From the NCBI GenBank assembly GCA_012295275.1, contig CM022670.1:25110001-25174000 (forward strand): 64,000 nucleotides of DNA, in the 5' to 3' direction. The notes below the pieces were generated by a model. The model worked only from the letters and a program-made list of their open reading frames with translations. It made no database searches and was not told where the DNA came from. The position numbers and the translations under genes were made by a program. The stretch is from Chrysomallon squamiferum (Eukaryota; Animalia; Mollusca). Each line of letters begins with the position of its first letter. Positions within the stretch are counted from its first letter, which is position 1. Positions 58,230 to 64,000 of this stretch are shown one piece after another.

Positions 58230-59070
58230 GAAATGGAAGCATCAGAAAGTTGCGACGCGGAAAATTGCAGGTCAATATAGTATGATCAAAGATTATGGCA
58301 GAAGAACTGCAATTTCAGCTGGATGAATAATTCAGAGGATTCTCAGCTCTTATCGTTCGCACAGCTCATCCACAAATGGACTGCCAGTCGTTTGTTACAA
58401 TACCGTAAGGGCGACAGCACTCCCAGAGCAAACGAAAGGTGACAAATTTTATGTCGTAAATAGATTTTCTCGTTTGCCTTTTCATCGCGAGGTGTTACGA
58501 ACACCCCGGCGCTTGGCGCTCAATTTACATTCGTATGAAAACTTAATGCAACTCGAGTGATCTCAACTGGCTTTTAACGGTCACTATACACTTCGTTCAG
58601 AACACCCAGTTACACGAGAACCAAGGGAAGTCCAAGAGGGGTTTTGTTCTTTATGCTTCTTGGGCGCGTGCAAAAATGTAGACAGTCTGATCAGTTACCT
58701 TTTTCCGTTGATATCTTTTCCAGTTCACGTATCTCATAATATGTAATTTTAACAGACATTCTTTCTCATTTTACAAAGTCTGCAGATTACGTAAGTTTCC
58801 ATGAAACACGTCGCCAAAGCGGCTTATGGCAAGAACGATGTGACTTTACGCATTTTCTTTAGAGTTTTCTTACAGATGCAATGGCTGCCCTAAAGACCCG
58901 ATGGCGTGCGTTATCTCAATGGTTAGAACACAGGTTAAGGTCGTAAAATAAGTTTCTGTTGTGTAAAATGAAGTTTCCTTTATCTTGTCTGTAATTATTT
59001 CCTTTTTAAAAAGATTCCTTGCTGTTTAAAATGAAAAACAGCCCATCGCTTGACGGCAGTGAGTTTAAGG
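58230..59070. promoter_or_regulatory. Candidate downstream regulatory island
   Basis: Repeat-free, moderately CpG-rich and non-coding. Confidence 0.25.
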
Positions 59071-59237
59071 AAAACAAGAGTCAGAACTGAAGGAGAAATA
59101 ATAGCAATAACAACAATAATAATGATAATAAAAATAAATATAAAAAAATAAATAAATAAATAACATACCATGATATAAAAATAATATAAAATATCAATAG
59201 ACGTAATATAACAGAATAAACTGAGTAAAAATATGAT

Positions 59238-59268
<31 letters not shown>

Positions 59269-59302
59269 AAAAGAACAGCTCACAAACACCATGCAGATAT
59301 GT

Positions 59303-59350
<48 letters not shown>

Positions 59351-59558
59351 TGTCATCATTTATTTATAATAAAATAGCAATACATTATTTTTATGAAACG
59401 TTGAAAACGTGAAAGAAAACGAATCTACAGATAAGGGAGATAACTGTTTTTCTATAAGAATAGATGAATTATCGACCGTATTATTAATGACAGATAGTAT
59501 AAACTTTAGAATTAATTTCAAGCCACTGAATCGCAGATATTTGTCACACTTTTATTGC

Positions 59559-59593
<35 letters not shown>

Positions 59594-60658
59594 TATTATG
59601 TAATGGGACATTATTTTGAATTGTCCTTCTGAAACAGATAATGCTGTTGGAAAATTAATTTTCATTAAGTAAGTGGTTAAATTTAACTTTTTAATTTTAA
59701 TTTGGTATTTCTTTCAAAAAAAAAAGTACATATATACATATGTGTTAGTGTGTGTGGGTGTGTTTGTATGGATGTGTCTCTCTGTGTGTGGGTATACAGA
59801 CATTTACATACACAGATTATAGATATATATAAAAATCCATAAAATGAAAACGCCATATTTATGGAGACAATTTTTGAACATGAATTTCATTAAAAAGGGT
59901 TGCAAGACAAATAAATAATTAAATAACCGGCAAAAATAGAGGAATTGTAGAAATATTTTAGTTTTTATTACAATTGTTCTTCTTTTTCTTTTTTTCTTTT
60001 ATTTTTGAATTCCTTGCCTATTTATTTATTTAAACAGATTTTAATTTAAGGAAAATGTAACTGTAAATGGCTGCCTTTTCTTTATATTATAAATACAACA
60101 AACATTCATTCTCTAAAGATTATTTTCATATATGGTTAGAATGCATGTAAAATTTATGGACTACATTACTTTAAAGGTTAACGCTTTGAAATAATTTTTT
60201 ATTACTGAATTAATTTATCGTTCCCTGTAGGCAATAAATATTATAAATTTATAAAGAAAAGGTAAATGAATCCGATAGAAGATTTAATAGTTTCTTTGCA
60301 GGATCTAAAACCCCCAACAGACTGAATTTCTTCGCTTAAAACGTCTTTTAAATTTCGTCTTTTAAAATGCAGAGGTAATAAATAATAAATTTAATAAAAC
60401 GTTGTAAATCTGATTTCATCAAATACGGATAGGTAACTGAATAAATGTTGAAAATTAATTTATAATGCATAAATGGTAAAGACTTGAGCAGAAAAAAAAA
60501 AAAAAATAATAATAATAAAAATTAAAAAACATTTTAAAAAAAGTATCGTAATTTGATTGGATGGTTTACAACTATTATTTTAACTTTATTAATAAAGAAA
60601 CAGAAAATAAGTTTTTATCAAGCGCTAGTTTGACCGACAGGTAGATTCAGAGTTAACA

Positions 60659-61228
60659 ATGTTTGTGTTGTTTAATTACTGTGTGTCGGGAAGACCACGC
60701 TTACACTGCTACATTTTACTTTTAATTTCTCTTTTGATCAGTGCGGCTCAAATAACCCCAAAGACTAAAATCCGCAACCGAAAACTGATTTTCTGTGCTG
60801 TCATTAGTGTCCAAACCAACGGTAACACTTTCTATTTTGACGACGGAACCAATGAATGCTATTTAGGCGAGATCACGGACTCTCGCAGCCTGGATACAGT
60901 TTCTACATGGAACAAAATTATTTCGAACGATGGAGAATATCAAACGGCTGTTTTCAAAAAGTCTGCACGCTCACGTAAAGGCTGTTTTCTCAAATATCTT
61001 CAAGGGGTATATCACAAGGAATATCTAAAAAATAAAATTCGGTTTATGTTTTTTGATTGTGTCGAAACAGTTGTGTCCTTTCTTTGCTTTAACGTCGGAT
61101 CTTGGGATGGACTGGACACGTGCTACAAGAAAACAGATCGGAAGACTTACAAGAATTTGGAACTGTTTATCAAAGGACGCCTCCGAGTTGGATCGTTCGT
61201 TAATTTTATGGGCCACGGAAATTTATAA
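60659..61228 (+). CDS. Uncharacterised secreted-type protein, 5' ORF (signal-like segment, Cys-rich PAN/Sushi-like parts, start of galectin-like fold)
   Basis: 189-aa non-repetitive ORF. Hydrophobic YILLLISLLISAA; PAN-like CAV...FYFDDGTNECYLG; Sushi-like C..C..CFNVGSWDGLDTC. Domain calls are by eye. Confidence 0.5.
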   Translation: MFVLFNYCVSGRPRLHCYILLLISLLISAAQITPKTKIRNRKLIFCAVISVQTNGNTFYFDDGTNECYLGEITDSRSLDTVSTWNKIISNDGEYQTAVFKKSARSRKGCFLKYLQGVYHKEYLKNKIRFMFFDCVETVVSFLCFNVGSWDGLDTCYKKTDRKTYKNLELFIKGRLRVGSFVNFMGHGNL

Positions 61229-61551
61229 AATGTCGGTTAAATCTGATCCGTTCAAATAACGACATGCAATTTGAAATGCTACTGAACTACGAAGAAAAAG
61301 GTAACAAGATATTATATTCTTTTAAAAATTCAAAGAATACGAAACGTGAAGATATGCAGAACGGCACAGTGAGGACTGATTCGTCGGGAGAAAATCTGAA
61401 CGTGACAGTCACAGTGCTGGAAACGAAGTATAAGATCTCATTCAATTCGGGGACGTCACGAGAATACCCACACGAAGCTGACTTTCAGGAAGTACGGAAA
61501 GCTAAATTCGAAAGCCAAGTTCCATTTGAGAACATTTTCGTTTATTTTTAA
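61225..61551 (+). CDS. Galectin-fold-like continuation in the -1 frame (recoded, pseudogenised or assembly indel)
   Basis: Frame is open from 61204 to 61551: KCRLNLIRSNNDMQFEMLLNY...GENLNVTVTVLETKYKISFNSGTSREYPH follows the galectin strand pattern (RFxINL...DIAFHFNPRF...GQPFxITI...YKVxVNG...EYPH). Confidence 0.5.
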   Translation: MKCRLNLIRSNNDMQFEMLLNYEEKGNKILYSFKNSKNTKREDMQNGTVRTDSSGENLNVTVTVLETKYKISFNSGTSREYPHEADFQEVRKAKFESQVPFENIFVYF

Positions 61552-62429
61552 GATCGTTTTCCTTCAGCGGCTACACCACAAAAGAAATAACTTATTAATA
61601 AAATATTGAAGTAATAAACCGTGGAAATTGATAAAAAGATGCTGGCTGAAGATACAGCTTTTTGGTTGTTTTTTTTTTTAAAAGTATTTGAATGTTTTAT
61701 GACAAAAAATCTTTTGTGAACACAGCGATAGTTAAGTCATCAAGTGAAACATGTATTTGCTAATTAAATCAATTTGGCTGAAGTTGTTACAATCCTTTCC
61801 GAGTATTACCGGAAGATCACTGAAAACATTTTTACCTTACTGATTAATCAACAGTGATAGATAAGTAAATATACGACATAACCAATGTTACATTTAGCCA
61901 TTATGCAGTGTATATCACGACATTTTTTTCTGTCACATATACAAAAATAAATTACTGCAAATGTTAGCGTGTCATTTTCTAATCATTAATAAAAGAAGAA
62001 GAAGAAGAAAAGAAAAAAAATAAAAAAAAAATAAAAAAATAAAAAAATAAAAAGAAGAAGAAGAAAATTAAGACTAAATCTGATACTTTTGAAGAAATTC
62101 AATCAAGTATGTATGGTTATTTTATAAAACATTAATTATTAGTAAATTTATCTAAATAATATATTACTGATAACGAACTAAACCTTTCCCAGGTTATTTT
62201 GTCCAACGTACTTGTTATCTATTTCGTGGGTTCTGGATTTCAGAAGAAATAATAACGTTATGTTTCATCAACAAATGTCTCATGATCGAGAATGTTGTTT
62301 TTGCGGGAACTACGATGGCCTAATGTATTTTGAAACATTATATTATTGGCCAATATCATGTTCAGGTTTATTGTTTACCTGTGAAAAATTTAAAAGTTTG
62401 AAAAGTTTGAAAACACGGAAGAAAATGTG

Positions 62430-62462
<33 letters not shown>

Positions 62463-64000
62463 AAATTAGAATGAACGAAAGAAAACAAATAAACCAAAAT
62501 TACATTAAATGAAAAAAAATAAAAGCAAACAAAGAATGAGATTATTTTTTATTGTCAAATGAAAAATATATATCAAGTAAAATACATCGATAATAAAACA
62601 AATGTTTTCTGAAAATTTAAAAATATATATCTGTCTGAATGCCCACTATTTACCTGAACATCTTGAACAGAAATACTGTTATTACAGATATTTACTGATA
62701 AATAGCAAATTTTGTTATTATTATTATTTTTAAATAATTATTTTTCTGTAGTAATAACAGAGTTTTTAAAACACTGTCAGTGGATTTGGCATCCAGCAGT
62801 TTTGATCAAACTTCTTTCGAAAGTATTCTTTACAAAACAGGTGTTCAGTAAATTGTATTCATATGATGGGACACAATATGCGAGGACATTACAGAAAATA
62901 CACGAGTTATAGCAGTTCTAGTTGGCGCAGGTAGGTGGGACAGGTAGGTGGGATTTGATGTAGGGTAAACGTACGTTATTTTATTTGAAAATCCGTGGTT
63001 TTAATACACCACGGTGGATTCCTTGCCGACTGTAATCATTTAGAACACAAACGTACACACGGTGTTCTATATAGCTGTAAGGACGGATGATTTGCCAAAC
63101 GAGTCACTCAAGCTAACAAAATGTCAGAAGTACTTAAATCTCATACAGAAATCCTGTAAGATGTTAATAACAAAATAATAACCATTTCGTTATTTATTTT
63201 TCATTATGTCACTAATATACTTATATACAAATGTCAGAACCGCTTTCAGAATTTTATTACTTGATTAATACTTTGTTAATTTACTAACATTTTTCATCTA
63301 AGTTATTGGATTGTCCCTGACAAATTTGTCCGTTAGCCCTAAGCATTACAGGATATTATTATATTATATGATTGCTTTATTTCCAATTTCTGTTTTAAAC
63401 ATATGTACAAAACAACGACATGAAGAGTGAATGAAAGTTAGAACTGGACTAGTGTTGGTTGATGTTAAAATCCTATTCACACATAGACAAAATCGTTACA
63501 CTGAATATGGACATTACAAGTTGAAAATAATTAAAGAATAAAATAATTAGAATGATTTTATTATGGTGTAATTTATAGCTGATGTATAAAAAATAAAACT
63601 AATGTAACCAAACGTTCATGGCCGTAAATACACTGAGACAAATGAAGCAAATACCTCATACCGAAATTGACAATTTATTTTAAATTTTATTTTTTTCAAT
63701 ACAAATATTTTATTTAAAAAATAAAAATATAAATCTCTATTCCGACAGAAACGATATCCACTGAATTAATTTGTTTATGTCTACGGTTACCGTTCAAAGT
63801 CCAAATTTGTTTGCTCCTGCTCTGCTCGAAGATTTTGTCTCATTTAAAAACAAAAGGAGTCTAGTTACGGCCACGATGTCATGGTCTTTGTAACACATAC
63901 ATTGTCAAACACAAAGTTTATTCTGTTATGTAATATAATATAAAATTTAAACGTGATAAAGATACTGGCACAGTTACAGGTGAAGTATGCTGTTAATATT

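Noticed and set aside
60975-61070. 96-nt in-frame GT-AG intron within ORF 60659
   Set aside because: The frame stays open, and the segment supplies two Cys of the Sushi-like pattern; cannot be fully excluded without cDNA.

Overview
AT-rich, microsatellite-dense animal DNA, probably lophotrochozoan/molluscan (inferred from protein and repeat style). Two intact spliced genes lie on the + strand. TRAPPC2/sedlin has 4 coding exons (2813-4446) and a minor-spliceosome (U12-type, GT-AG) intron. A Phox2 paired-like homeobox gene has 4 coding exons (27159-50755, ~283 aa) and a ~19.7 kb first intron; it sits in an otherwise gene-poor stretch with many repeat-free, CpG-rich islands that look like enhancers. 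Near the right end is an apparently intronless, secreted-type protein with Cys-rich and galectin-fold-like parts (60659-61551). It is split across two frames exactly at an A AAT TTA + stop slippery heptamer with a stem-loop behind it. Also present: a decayed hAT-Charlie/Buster transposon end, a MITE-like inverted-repeat element, a Tigger-like TIR, a 121-bp higher-order minisatellite, and a 38-bp tandem array whose unit carries the U12 5' splice-site consensus. Most listed ORFs are microsatellite translation artefacts.
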